A stretch of 64,000 bases of DNA from Anthoceros angustus (taxonomy: Eukaryota > Plantae > Anthocerotophyta): NCBI GenBank assembly GCA_010909165.1, contig MU008162.1:1612001-1676000 (forward strand), read 5' to 3'. The notes below the pieces were generated by a model. It saw nothing but the letters and a program-made list of their open reading frames with translations. It was not told the origin of the DNA and ran no database searches. A program made the translations under genes and the position numbers. Below are positions 36,201 through 48,794 of the stretch, piece after piece (the first letter of the stretch is position 1; the number at the start of each line of letters is the position of its first letter).

Positions 36201-37400
36201 TGATCCGGACTTACAAAGAAATGGATGTTTGCACGGCTTTCTTATATGGTGCCCTTGAAGAAGAGCTGTATATGTTGCAGCCTGAAGCCTACGAAGACAA
36301 GCGGCACCCGAACAAAGTGTTAAAGCTTATGAAGTGCACATACGGTTTGAAACAAAGCGGCCGTGTCTGGTACTTTACAATGCACGTGTACCTGATCGGC
36401 ATCGATTTCATCCAAAATGCAGCTGATACGAACGTGTACAAGCTCACACAAGGAGTTTCGATCGTCATCCTGGTTCTTTATGTGGATGACGTCATATTTG
36501 CTACAAACGATCAAAAGCTGTTAGCAAGTGTGAAGGACAAACTCAGCAGCAGATTCGACATGAAAGACATAGGGGAACTTAACTTCTGTCTTGGAATACA
36601 ACTGCTTCGTGTAAGGGAAGAAGGGTTACTCTTTATCCACCAGTATAAATACATAAATGAGATACTCAAACGATTCAACCTTGACGAGGCCAGGCCAGCC
36701 ACCACTCCTTATGCTGCTGGTACAAAACTGACCAAGTGCCAGTGCCCACAGTCACAAGCTGAGAAATTGGACATGCAGGACATACCTTACAGGCATCTTT
36801 GTGGGGTCCCTAATTTCGCGGAATCGACGCTACGACATACGATTCTGTTAGTACAGCGGATTCTTAGAAAATCGCTAGGGTACAGGTAGCCAAGAGAATA
36901 TTTCGTTATCTCAAAGGTACTCACAAGTATGGACTTATGTACAAGAGCACGGGACAAAAACAACTTATCTTGAGGGCTTAACGATGCGTGGGCGTCAGTT
37001 GATTCACGCAGGAGCCTATCCACGTATTGCTATCTCTGCTAGGTTCGTGCCACACATGGAGCTGCAAAAGCGCCTGTCTGAGTTCTTCCAAGCCGAGTAC
37101 AAGTCTTTAATCACAAACAAAAGAGGTGAATGGGAACGCAGTTTCTCAAGGACTTGGGATGTGCCGAGGAGAAACCAACCCTTGTGCTCTGCGACAACAC
37201 CGCAGCCCTTGAGTTAGTTGAAAGCTCGAAATTCCATGCTCGAGCAAGCACATTGAAGTGCAACATCATTACATACGGATGTGGTTGTGAGGTATCCTTA
37301 AATTGGATTACACAGACGATGAGAACACCGACATCCTTACGAAAGGATTGTCTAAGTACAAGCACTACTATCATATGGACGACATGGGATCAAGGGATTA
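33240..37400 (+). pseudogene. gag-pol of Copia B, broken by many small indels
   Basis: Consecutive ORF fragments 33303-33875, 33685-34017, 34815-35378 and 36164-36889 carry gag, zinc knuckle, integrase and RT motifs. Confidence 0.9.
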
Positions 37401-37630
37401 TTCGCCTATTTCGAGTGACAGTTTCTTATCTGGAGGTGTTGAAGGTGGGTGGGAGCCTTTTGCTTCCTGATGATTCATTAAACTTGCCACTCCCCGGCAG
37501 CCAGATGGTTGAGCCTGCACAAGGCGCGTGACGCCGCCATGAACCCTCACTCATGGACATGGAGGCGGTGGATGAAGCGTCCACGACCTACCTAATCACC
37601 TGGCTGCCTGTGCACTGGGCAGCCTACTCC

Positions 37631-38041
37631 TCATCCCTCACTGAGCATCTTCGCTACACCCTCCAGTTGCTCCACCAGGCTTTGCTTGCCCTCCTTGTCT
37701 TTAGCAGGTGTGGGTAGGTTGACAGCGACCTCTTCTTCTGCCATCTTGCCCCACACAAGTGAAATATTCAGCTCCACGTGGTATCCACCAATGCGTGCGT
37801 GTCGTCGAGCGGTTCTCCCACTCCCGCCTCGGCCATATCCTCCCGGACGCCGTTTTGGGCAACCGGCGAGTTGTGAATCCACGAATCCAGACGCGTGAGG
37901 ATGAAGAGCGCGAGTTGAGATTTGGCGGTGAGCACGATGGAGCTCCATCCTTATAGTCGCGGCCTTGATTGCATCGGTCGGATCGCCATGAACCACCGGG
38001 TTACGTGCCGCCGCGAGCGAGGCATTCCTCGTGGCGACCAC
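37631..38041 (-). CDS. Antisense 136-aa ORF in the 3' untranslated region of Copia B
   Basis: ORF between the RNase H end and the PPT; no recognised domain. Confidence 0.3.
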   Translation of the reverse strand: MVATRNASLAAARNPVVHGDPTDAIKAATIRMELHRAHRQISTRALHPHASGFVDSQLAGCPKRRPGGYGRGGSGRTARRHARIGGYHVELNISLVWGKMAEEEVAVNLPTPAKDKEGKQSLVEQLEGVAKMLSEG

Positions 38042-38291
38042 TGGTTCTAGTGAGAAGTCCTTCGTTTTCAGGGTTTCGTGTTTTGCTTAACCGTGGTTAG
38101 TTTAAGAGGGGGTGTTAGCACAGGAGTTAAACCTAACGCACAGTTAATAATCTTTATGTTATATGGATTAGGGTTGTCTTAGTGAATAGACACGTACATA
38201 GTATTTAAACGATTTTGTTATGCTCATTATTGTAATTTTAACTATCAGAGTTTTCTCTACGCTCTCGCTCCGCTCAACCTTCTTATGAAAG

Positions 38292-39333
38292 AGCTTTCGT
38301 TAATATATGGGGTTTTCTTGTCATTGCTTGACTAACCTTCGCTTGCGTTTTGGGATCTTTGTGTTTGAGCTCGGAAGTGAGATCAAGATTACGGAAGTGA
38401 GATGAGGAGTCAAAGTGTGAGCTCCTCTTCACTCGAGAAGGTCACCAGAGGATCCTTCAACCTTAGCGACTAAGGATCTAAATACTCCTATGTGTTTTCG
38501 TGGAATCACCTCAATCGCCATTACACTAATGACATTTCGTCACGCATTCCTTCAACCTCTTCCAGATCTGCGGTGACATTTCAACATTTCAACATGCCTC
38601 TACATTTCGGATGTTACGACTAACCATGCTTCGTGAAATCCCTCTGTAGATTGGTTTTTTCAGAATTCGCATACTATGTAGATTATCGAAGTGAAGGCCT
38701 ATCGAAACTCTATACCTATTGCGTCTATTAGAAATTAGCTCGGTAGCCTTCTTGGCGCTCTGGATTGGCCATTTCATTAGGCGACTTTGTCTTTGCTAAT
38801 ATATCCGCAGGGTTTTCTTGTGTAGGCACATACTCCGTTGCTTGACTAACCTTCGCTTGCGTTTTGGGATCTTTGTGTTTGAGCTCGGAAGTGAGATCAA
38901 GATTCGAAGTGAGATGAGGAGTCAAAGTGTGAGCTCCTCTTCACTAAGGTCACCAGAGGATCCTTCAACCTTAGCGACTAAGGATCTAAATACTCCTATG
39001 TGTTTTTGGAATCACCTCAATCGCCATTACACTAATGACATTTCGTCCTGCATACAGGTCCTTCAACCTCTTCCAGATCTGTGCAGCTGACATTTCAACA
39101 TTTCAACATGCCTCTACATTTCAGATGTTACGACTAACCATGCTTCGTGAAATCCCTCTGTAGATTGGTTTTTTCAGCAATTCTGGCATACTATGTAGAT
39201 TATCAGCAAGTGAAGGCCTATCAGAAACTCTATACCTATTGCGTCTATTAGAAATTAGCTCAGCAGGGCGAGGCTGCCACTGCTGGCGCTCTGGATTGGC
39301 CATTTCATTAGGCCTGACTTTGTGCTGCTAATA
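38292..39333 (-). mobile_element. Degenerate Copia gag-like fragment, tandemly duplicated (about 510-540 bp units)
   Basis: Minus-strand peptides SAAQIWKRLKDLY and EEELTL.LLISLP resemble UBN2-type gag. Two near-identical copies are joined around a (gc)taatat microhomology near 38797. Confidence 0.6.
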
Positions 39334-39595
39334 TGCAAGAACTCTGCATATCATTGTATTACAAATCTTTATATGTAGCCTGCCAATCAGGCAGTTGTCC
39401 TAGTGTATCTCCCTGGCCTAGGGTTGAACTCACTACTCCAGCCATGGAGTAGCGAGATTGTATACATGTCTGACCGGGCCCTTGATGAGTCGGCCAATTT
39501 TACCCCTAGTCTACCTAACATGCATATATAGCCCTACATGCAATATCTAGAAAACGGAATTCCCATGGTTCAAGGAAGTTGCCTTCCTCGGCCCT

Positions 39596-39860
39596 CGAAA
39601 TAGGTTTCTATCTACATGCTACTTTTCCCAAGGACCAAGGAACATCCTTCCGAAACCCAAGACCAAGGACTAGGTTTCTATCTACATACCATTTTCCCAA
39701 GGACCAAGGAACATCCTTCCGAACCTCAAGACCAAGGACTCGAAATAGGCTTCTATCTACTTGCTACTTTCCCAAGGACCAAGGAACATCATTCAAACCT
39801 CAAGACCAAGGACTTGAGTCTGTTCCTTCCGAAACCCCAAAGACCAAGGACTTGAGTCCT
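39596..39860. repeat. About 70-bp tandem repeat, about 3.5 copies, inside the CACTA
   Basis: Unit taggtttctatctac...ttttcccaaggaccaaggaacatccttccgaaacccaagaccaaggac, with degenerate end copies. Confidence 0.85.
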
Positions 39861-40329
39861 TGAATAGATAGGACTACCGGACTCAGGTAGCGGACTTGAG
39901 CGGCCACCGCTTCTCAGTGTGACCACACCAAGTAACCGTCCTCCCACCACCACTTCCTAGGACTCCCCTCTTGTGCGTGGGAAACTAGGCGAGGTAAGAG
40001 GAGCTCTCGCTCGCCTGACATTCGGTGCAAGGAGTCCGGTGAGGTCCTCGGGTTAAACAACATGTTCAAGCCAGCTTGTTGGATGAGAAGCTTGTTTCTT
40101 TGAATATGCAGGTGGGTCATTGTGCTTCTCCTTCCAAGTCGAGCTCTCCGGCAAAGCCTGAGCCTGGGAGGTGTGCCGGATTGGATATGGGAGTCGTGAC
40201 ACCTGTAACCATCAGCACGTTATGTGAGTAGGGAAAGCTTAGAGGCCGTTGGAGCTCAGAAAATCTGGCGTGATAGACTATTCTATTCCTCACCATCTTA
40301 TATGTCGTGCTAAAACTTTGTGCGAGATA

Positions 40330-41300
40330 AGAAGGACATGGTTGTGGGATGACGCGTTCATGATCTCACACAAACTTGGGTACGAGTCAATCACATACTT
40401 GGGGAACCATATCTTGCGATGTATGTATCCGGAGGTAGGCTACGGAGGGTGGGCAACCAAATCCCTTCATGTGGTTTTCAATAATCTCCGCACATGCTAC
40501 ACATGGGGAGCCTAATGAGGCGATACAACTTTACTATGCGATGTGTCGCTCGGTGTGAAGGCGGATGCCCACATCTTTGTAGCACCCTTCAAGCTTGTGC
40601 ATTTCTTTGTGGACACGGAATCTAGCGTAAAAGTGCGATGATATGTTGCAGTGACATTCCACCGAACTTGTTTATTGCCAATGCGGTGGACATGTACGCA
40701 AACCGTGGTGAATCGGAAGAGGCACACACGGTTTTCGATAGGTTAGGCGAAAGGATGTCGTGACATGGACGGCCCCACGATAGTTGGGTATGCAAATCAT
40801 GGGCTTGGCCAAGAGGCGCTTGTTCAGTATGGACAAATGGAGAAGGAGGGCACGATTGTGGGCAACCATGTTACCTTTGCTTGCCTTCCAAGGCTGCAAA
40901 CGCAAGTGCCTTACAGAGAAGGGCGTGCACTCACTGATTGTGGAGAGAGGACAGCTAGATAACACACTTGTGGGCACTTGCCCGGTGGACATGTAGGCAA
41001 AGTGTGGCGAAGTAGAAGATGCGCATCAAGTTTTTCAATGCTTGAGCCCAAAGGATGTGGTGACTTGGAATGCCACGATTCCGGGTATGGACAAAAGGGC
41101 TTGGTCAAGAGGCGCTATTTTGTATGGACGAATGCAACAGGAGGGCGCTTGTGGTGATGAGGTTACTTTTGCTTGCCTTTTGAAGGCATGTGCAAGCATT
41201 GGTGCCTTAAGGCGGTGCACTCACTTGTGCAAAGAGGACATTTGGATAACGATTGTGGGCGCTCGGTGGACTGATGCCAAGATGCATGCCTCGTTTTGAC
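40330..41300 (+). pseudogene. PLS-class PPR gene fragment carried inside the CACTA
   Basis: Frameshifted PPR motifs: DMYA.CG..EEAHTVFDRL..RDVVTW, GYANHGLGQEAL..Y.QMEKEG, KDVVTWNA, MQQEGACGDEVTFACLLKACASIGAL. Confidence 0.85.
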
Positions 41301-42192
41301 TTGGCTAGGAAAATTCTTACACCGACATTTTACAATGCTGGCACTATTTATAAATCGATAAATTTGTATAACATTTTACAATGTATTTGCAATGAACATG
41401 CCACATCGCAATTTCACTAATATATAGCCTCATAAATGACATAAATCAGGAAAAGGTCTCTTCCACATATTTACAACGGCATTTGCGACAAGCATGCCAC
41501 ATCGCAATCTTACTAATATATAACCTCATAAATTACATAAATAAGGAAAAGGTCTCTTCCAAAATTTTACAACGGCATTTTACGACAAACATGCCACATC
41601 AGCAAATAATATATTTATTCATGGATATTGGCTGGCTTGTGCATTTTACAACCATAGTTACGACGCATGTGCCACGTCAAGAATATACAATAAATGAATA
41701 ATCCAATAATATAACATAAATTGGAGAAACCATTTTACAATGATATTTGCAATGAGCTTGCCATGTCAGCAAATAATAAATTTATTTATAGATATTTATA
41801 TAAAATGGTTTTCATGCGTTTTACAACCATAGCTACAATGCATGTGACACGTCAAGAATACAAAAAAAAAGATAATCCCATAACTAACATAAATCCAGAG
41901 AAACATATTTACAACATCATTTGCAACGAACTTGCCACATCAGCAAATAATAAATCTATTCATAGATATTCCAATAAATGGTATTATTCCAAAAATCAAG
42001 TCTTGCACAATTTACAACCACATCTACAACAAACATGGTTTACAACGTCTTTTACAAGTACCGTTTTACAACATCCTTTATGCCACGTCATTATAAATTC
42101 AACAAAATGTAGTTTTATTAACAAATAACCCCCATAGTTTTCTAAATCAAAAGAGTTTATGCACAATTAACAACGTCATGTACAACGAGCAA

Positions 42193-42298
42193 GCCATGTC
42201 AACAAACCCCGTTGTAAAATTGTGTCAACATGCCATGTCAACAAATCCCGTTGTAAAATTGTGTCAACATGCCATGTCAACAAACCCCGTTGTAAAAT
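42193..42298. repeat. 39-bp tandem repeat (about 2.7 copies) in the CACTA right subterminal region
   Basis: gccatgtcaacaaa(c/t)cccgttgtaaaattgtgtcaacat; each copy carries the GTTGTAAAA motif. Confidence 0.9.
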
Positions 42299-42715
42299 CC
42301 ATGCCACATCATATTAGTTAGGAACCCTTGTTGTAAATGTTCAAAAACTTACAATGTGGCTTTGAGTAGTAAGAGTGTTGTAGTTTCCTCTAACTAAACT
42401 TAGACCCATTTGTAAAAGGTAGCCCTCCTTGTAGTGAAGGTTGGTTGATTGTCATTTGGACATCACTTCTGGATGCCCTATAAGACAATAAAATTGCCTA
42501 CAAGATGGTGGCAAACTACTCGGACACGGTGATCACCTTACCCTCGAAGGTTTGATCTCGCCTCCCTCATTTGATCAACCAAGCTTTTCAACTTGTTGAC
42601 ATGTTGTTGAAACAGTGTAAGCCCTCGACCATCTTGAAGTTGGAGAATTGACTTTCCAGCATTTCGCTCACAATGCTCTTCTCGTCGTTGTGCGAGAATT
42701 TTCCATGCATCCTGC

Positions 42716-43915
42716 GAAGAGACACACTCGCTCAATTGTGAGAGAATGTCATCGACATAATCGGGATAATATTAGCCAAGGCTTTCGCATCCTTGTCTTC
42801 AGCCGAGCGCCATCCTGAAGTCCATTTCCACAAACTTCCACAATCCTTTGTCAATGAGAGATTTAGCTTCAACTTCCATAAAAGTTCGCCATCAAACTTC
42901 TCCACTTGACGCGTAGTCTCCATATGCACACCTCGAAGTTATGCAAAGACAAGACTAAAGTTCCTCGCACCAAAACTACTATCAAGCTTCACGAAATTGC
43001 AAAGGAGCTTTCACAAACACTTAGTCAGAACTACAACAATGCAATAGAAGACAAGTGGCAGGTCCCACAGTGGTGCAGTACTACGCATCTCACGAACCAT
43101 GCTCGATACCATGTTTGAGCGTAATTCCCAGTTCGTACATTAGAAATGGTGTGCTATGCATACATATATAGGCTTTGGCCTTGACATACTCTCGATAGTA
43201 TGAAACCCTATCACAGGATAATCTTATATACTTCTAGGATTTATACTCATAACTCTAATATGTGATGTGTTGCACCAATCCTATAGATTTCTAATATGAA
43301 GAGACACACTCGCTCAATTGTGAGAGAATGTCATCGACATAATCGGGATAATATTAGCCAAGGCTTTCGCATCCTTGTCTATATCCTTTTGAGCGCCATC
43401 ACGGAAGTCCATTTCCACAAACTTCCACAATCCTTTGTCAATGAGAAGAGATTTAGCTTCAACTTCCATAATGTGAAGTTCCTGCCATCAAACTTCTCCA
43501 CTTGACGCGTAGTCTCCATATGCACACCTCTGGAAGTTATGCAAAGACAAGACTAAAGTTCCTCGCACCAAAACTACTATCAAGCTTCACGAAATTGCAA
43601 AGGAGCTTTCACAAACACTTAGTCTGTAGAACTACAAACAATGCAATAGAAGACAAGTGGCAACAGTCCCACACAGGGTGGTGCAGAGTACTTTACGCAT
43701 CTCCTGAACCATGCTCTGATACCATGTTTGAAAACAGTAATTCCCAGGTTCAGTACATTAGAAATGGTGTGCTATGCATACATATATAGGCTTTGGCCTT
43801 GACATACTCTCGATAGTATGAAACCCTATCCTGGGATAATCTTATATACTTCTAGGATTTATACTCATAACTCTAATATGTGATGTGTTGCACCAATCCT
43901 ATAGATTTCTAATAT
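42716..43915. repeat. Direct tandem duplication of the Copia A1 gag 5' end plus 5' LTR
   Basis: Units about 42716-43297 and 43298-43915. The junction uses the 8-bp microhomology gaagagac shared by gag and the flank outside the LTR. Confidence 0.85.
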
Positions 43916-44238
43916 GAAGAGACTCCGGACTGACGGTTTGAAACTAACCATCGTGGGGCTGTTGAGCTTCTACTGGGTGGGTGAAGGCCTCTGCCCAAGT
44001 TGGCACCATAAGAGCAGGTTGAATGTGACCATGACCTGAGTTGGCAAGCTCATGTCGGCTGGAGCCTAGTTAAAAAGTGAGCTTGCCATGGCTCTTGCAT
44101 GGACTGGTGAACTTGTCCATCGCGGCCTGTAGGAGTGAAGCCTGCAAACGATATGATGTTGCTGGCAACCGATGGAGGTATAGGTTAGGTCTGACGACTT
44201 CGCAGGGGTGGAACTGGTGGCAATCACAAACAGAGAGA

Positions 44239-47200
44239 TGTTAGAAATCTATAGGATTGGTGCAACACATCACATATTAGAGTTATGAGTATAAGTCCTA
44301 GAAGTATATAGGATTATCCGAGGCGAGATAGGGTTTCATACTATCGAGAGTATGACAAGGCCAAAGGCTATATATGTATGCATAGCACACCATTTCTAAT
44401 GTCTTGAACACAGGAATTCTGCTTTCTAACATGGTATCGAGCATGGTTCGGAGATGCGAAAGTACTGCACCACCGTGGGACTCTTGCCACTTGTCTTCTA
44501 TTGCATTGTTTGTAGTTATGCACTAAGTGTCCGTGAAAAGCTCGTTTGCAATTTCGTGAAGCTTGGTAGTAGTTTTGGTGCGAGGAACTTTTGTCTTGTC
44601 TTTGCATAGCTTTCGAGGTGTGCATATGGAGACTACGCCAAGTGGAGAAGTTTGATGGCGTGAACTTCACATTATGGAAGTTGAAGCTAAAATCTCTTCT
44701 CATTGACAGAGGATTGTGGAAGTTTGTGGAAAATGGACTTCCGGATGGCGCTGAAAAGGATATAGACAAGGATGCGAAAGCCTTGGCTAATATTATCTGA
44801 ATGTGTCGATGACATTCTCTCACAATTGAGCGAGTGTGTCTCTTCGCAGGATGCATGGAAAATTCTTTGCACAACGATGAGAAGAAGAGCATTGTGAGCG
44901 AAATGCTGGAAAGTCAATTCTCCAACTTCAAGATGGTTGAGGCGACACTTCAACAACATGTCAACAAGTTGAAAAGCTTGGTTGATCAAATGAGGGAGGC
45001 GAGATCAAACCTTGAGGGTAAGGTGATCACCGTGTCGAGTAGTTTGCCACCATCATGTAGGCAATTTTTATTGTCTTATAGGGCATCCATAGCGATGCGT
45101 CCAAGTGATAATCAACCAACCTTTGATGAGGTGGTTAGATTACTCCTACAAGAGGAGCTTGATGGTTCTTTCCAGACACAAGGCAACGAAGGCTTGGCAC
45201 TCTTCTTCAAGAAAGGCACATCACGGCGGAGGACCTCGCAAGCCAAGTCTCTAGAAGGGACAAAGGATACAAATGCAAAGAGAAAGGTGAAAGGCTTTTG
45301 TTATTATTGCAGGAAGCCCAATCACCACGCAAAGGATCAGAATAAGATTGGCGGACTTGAAGAAGGGAAATCATCCCAAGCTAATCAAGTCGTGAGAAGG
45401 ACCAAGAACACATCTTCGCGTGCTTCACCGAAAGAGATCAAGCGACTTCATCAAAGAAGGATGAGAGTTTGTACCTTGACTCGGTGCATCCCAAAGATTT
45501 CGATTATAACCTTCCTTGGTTCTCAAGCTACGAGGTATTGCGGAGGGGCATACGGTGGCGCTTGGTGACAATAGGTCACATGACATCAAGGGAAGAGGAG
45601 TGTTACGAGTCCATCTTCCGGAGGATACGTATTAAGGACGTGCATCATGTGCCTCATCTTGCGAGGAATCTTCTTTACGCAAAAATTGCCGATCACAGTC
45701 ATGAGGTTGTGTTCAATTCCAAAGGATTTCGGATCCAATCCGAGCAGCCTGAGTTATCGAATGCTAAAGTGATTGCTAGAGGCGTCCGAGTAGGAAATTT
45801 GTACAAGTTGTGTGCTTCTGTGGGAAGGCAAGCTTGCACCTTTATGGACAGTTCGCAAAATAGCATTGGATCTATTGATTTATGGCATCAACGTCTAGGG
45901 CACATTGGTGTGGACAATATCAGTTGATGAAGAACCAACATATGGTTCTGAGCTTGGATTTGAAAGAAGTGGGTGAGCCGCAATTATGCCAAGGGTGCAT
46001 AATGGGAAAGCTACACGAACTAAGTTCCCAAAGATTGCGACGAGCAAAGATGGCGCTAGAGTTGGTACACACGGATGTGTGTGGTCCAATGAAAATCCCA
46101 CTCATGGCGGAGCCCGCTACATTCGGTGTTTGTGGATGATTTCACTAGGAAGACTGGACATATCTTATGAAGGAGAAATCCTGTATTTACACTCTTCAAG
46201 GAATGGAAAGCCATGGTGGAGAACGCAAGTGGACAACGTCTGAAGACTTTGCGTAGTGACAACGGAGGTGAATATATCTCCACTAACTTCCAACGCTTTT
46301 GCAAGGAGCATGGAATTGGAAGGCAACTAACCATCCCTCACACACCGGAGCAAAATGGAGTGGCGGAGCGCAAACTTAGAGTCCGTGGAGGCGCTAAATG
46401 CATGTTACATCATAGTGGCTTGGAAGTACGTTTTGGGGTGAGGCATTTACACAACCTATGTTTTGAATCGAGTTCCAACCAAAGCTATTGTTGGAATGAC
46501 CCGAGGAAGCGTGGTCAGCGTCAAGCCCGACATAAGCCATTTGAGGATCTTTGGTTCGATGGTTTATGCTCACGTTCAAGCAAACCCGAACAAAATGGGA
46601 TCCAAAAGGCGTGAAGTGCCTTATGCTTGGATACTCTCGAGATTAAGGGCTCTGGGTTGTATGATCTTCAAGGAAGAAGATCATTTTAGCGGGGCGTTGT
46701 ATTTAATGAGGTTGTGGAACCCATCAAAGGAGTGGGAGCTCCAACCCCGGTTATCATGAAGGATCCGGCGTATGTTGACGACCCTAATGAGGATTCTGAC
46801 TATGATGACACTCTTGAGCAACCTGCTCCTGAGCCCAACGAACCTTCTCAACAATGCGACATAGAGGGGGGAGAAAGGGAAATTCCCAATGTCGCGATTG
46901 GAGAAGTAGATGAAGATCAAAGCATTGTCGTAATTGACGAAGAAGAGGAAGCTCGAAGTATTCGAGAGAGACAACCAATCTTGAGAAGATCAACGAGACA
47001 ATGGAAACCTTCACAGAAGATCTTGGAATCCATGAATGCATGTGTGTATGAGGAGGCATGGTTGGCAGATGCCGGCGAACCACAAAGCCTAAAGGAAGCA
47101 TTGGAAGGACCAAAGGCAAAGGAGTGGAAAGAAGCCGTGACGTGAGTATAACTCTCTTCTCAAGAACAAAACTTGGGCAATCACTCCTCTACCTCACGGA

Positions 47201-48794
47201 AGGAAGAGCATAGGATCAAAGTGGACATTCAAGATTAAGCGCAAGGTCGATGGAAGCATAGAGCGCTACAAGGCAAGGGGTGGGGAAAGGATATACACAA
47301 GTCCCGGTGTGGATTATCGATACCTTCTCCCCGCCGCTAAGATAGCATCTATCCGAGCTCTCCTAGCTATCGCCCGCCGACATGGAGATACATCATATGG
47401 ATGTTACATTGCGTTCTGAATGGAGATCCGGATGAAGAGATCTACATGGACCAGCGAGGATACGAAATACCGTGACGCGAGGGAGAGGTATGTAGGCTGC
47501 TAAAGGCTCTGTATGGTCTTAAGCAATCGCCTTGCTTGGTATCGTAAGGTTGATGTGTTTTTCCAGTCTAGAGGTTTCAAGAAAACCAATCGATTGGAAT
47601 ATCTATGTGAAGAGAGTGGGAGAATCCATAATTATCATTGCTTTATGTGGACGATTTGATTATTGCTAGCAATGACATGGAACTCTTAGACTCGAAAGCA
47701 AAGCCTTAATGCAAGCTTTGACATGAGAGATTTGGGTGAGCTCCACTATTCCCTAGGAATAAAGGTGGAAAGGAATAGGGCTAACAAAGCATCTCTTTGA
47801 GCCAACAAACATATGTGGAGACCATATTGGGCGTTTCGGCATGCAAGATTGCAAACCCATGAAGACGCCAATGATCTTCAATGAGAAGCTATCGCAGGAG
47901 ATGAGCCCTACAACCGAAAAGGAGAAAGAGAAGATAGATAAGACTCTCTATCAACGCGTTGGCTGTCTTACATATTTGGCAACAGGACAAGGCCCGACAT
48001 TGAGAGGCGGGAGTTGTGAGTCGATTCTTGGCCAACCACGGACAACATTATCAAGCGATCAAGAGGATATTCGGATACTTGCGGCACAAAACATTGGAAG
48101 TTGAAATACCAAAAGGATCGACATGAAGACGCCTGTGGTTGGATTTTGTGATTGATTAAATGGAGATGTCGATGGCCGCAAGTCTACCAGGATATGTATT
48201 TATGCTATTTGGGGAGCCATTTCATGGAGTAGTAGGCGTCGACCATTGTGGCTTTGTCCTCTGAGCGGAGTACATGGCAATATCTGCGCAACAATGGAAG
48301 CAATATGGCTACGACGATTGCTCAAGAAATGGGATTTAAGCGAAGGGTGCAACAACCATCTTCAACGACAATCAAGGTTGCATTTACTTAGCAAAGAATG
48401 CTACTTTTCACGTGAGGACGAAACACATTGAAGTAAAGCATCACTTCATCGAGAGAAAGTTCAATCCAAGGAGATAGAGCTAGCGTATTGTCCCACGGAC
48501 ATGCCCGCAGATGTTTTGACCAAAGGGTTGACTTTAGAGAAGCACGTTAAGTTTAGCAAGATGTTAGGCTTAAAAGAGTAGCGATGTGTTGAGTGGGAGT
48601 GTTAGAAATCTATAGGATTGGTGCAACACATCACATATTAGAGTTATGAGTATAAGTCCTAGAAGTATATAGGATTATCCCAGAGCGAGATAGGGTTTCA
48701 TACTATCGAGAGTATGTCAAGGCCAAAGGCTATATATGTATGCATAGCACACCATTTCTAATGTATTGAACCTAGGAATTACTGTTTTCTAACA
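44239..48794 (+). mobile_element. Full-length Ty1/Copia LTR retrotransposon A2 (same family as A1)
   Basis: LTRs 44239-44431 and 48600-48794, PBS tggtatcgagc at 44432, PPT gagtgggag before 48600, and TSD AGAGA at 44234-44238 and 48795-48799. gag-IN-RT-RH fragments are frameshifted. Confidence 0.95.

Larger units (their letters stand above)
31838..38285 (+). mobile_element. Ty1/Copia LTR retrotransposon B nested in the CACTA
   Basis: 173-bp LTRs at 31838-32010 and 38113-38285 (one substitution seen), PBS TGGTATCAGAGC at 32011-32022, PPT AAGAGGGGG at 38104-38112 and TSD TGAAA on both sides. Contains gag with a CxxCxxxxHxxxxC knuckle, IN (LRTDNGTEF...PQQNGVSERKN), RT (LYVDDVI) and RH. Confidence 0.95.
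30179..42436. mobile_element. Non-autonomous CACTA (En/Spm) element; right TIR intact, left TIR missing
   Basis: The right end CCCTCCTTGTAGTG is the reverse complement of CACTACAAGGAGGG. A 3-bp TSD AAG (30176-30178 and 42437-42439) restores the uninterrupted gag seen in Copia A2 at 45110-45140. TTTTACAAC/GTTGTAAAA subterminal motifs are dense at 30300-30650 and 41320-42420. No transposase ORF recognised. Confidence 0.85.
26487..43914 (-). mobile_element. Ty1/Copia LTR retrotransposon A1, split by a nested CACTA at 30178/42437
   Basis: 3' LTR 26487-26681 and 5' LTR 43725-43914 (extra copy 43112-43296). PBS is the reverse complement of TGGTATCAGAGC at 43713-43724. TSD TGAAG at 26482-26486 and 43915-43919. 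gag, IN (TLRSDNGGEY), RT (YVDDL) and RH (RTKHIEVKHHF) lie in Copia order, with many frameshifts. Confidence 0.92.

Noticed and set aside
38728-38925. YVPTQENPADIL as a Copia RNase H C-terminus
   Set aside because: The adjacent sequence reads better as gag in other frames and the motif sits at a duplication junction; not enough support.
39596-39860. CRISPR-like repeat-spacer array (also considered for 1107-1268 and 42193-42298)
   Set aside because: No unique spacers, eukaryotic context and no cas genes; these are plain tandem repeats.
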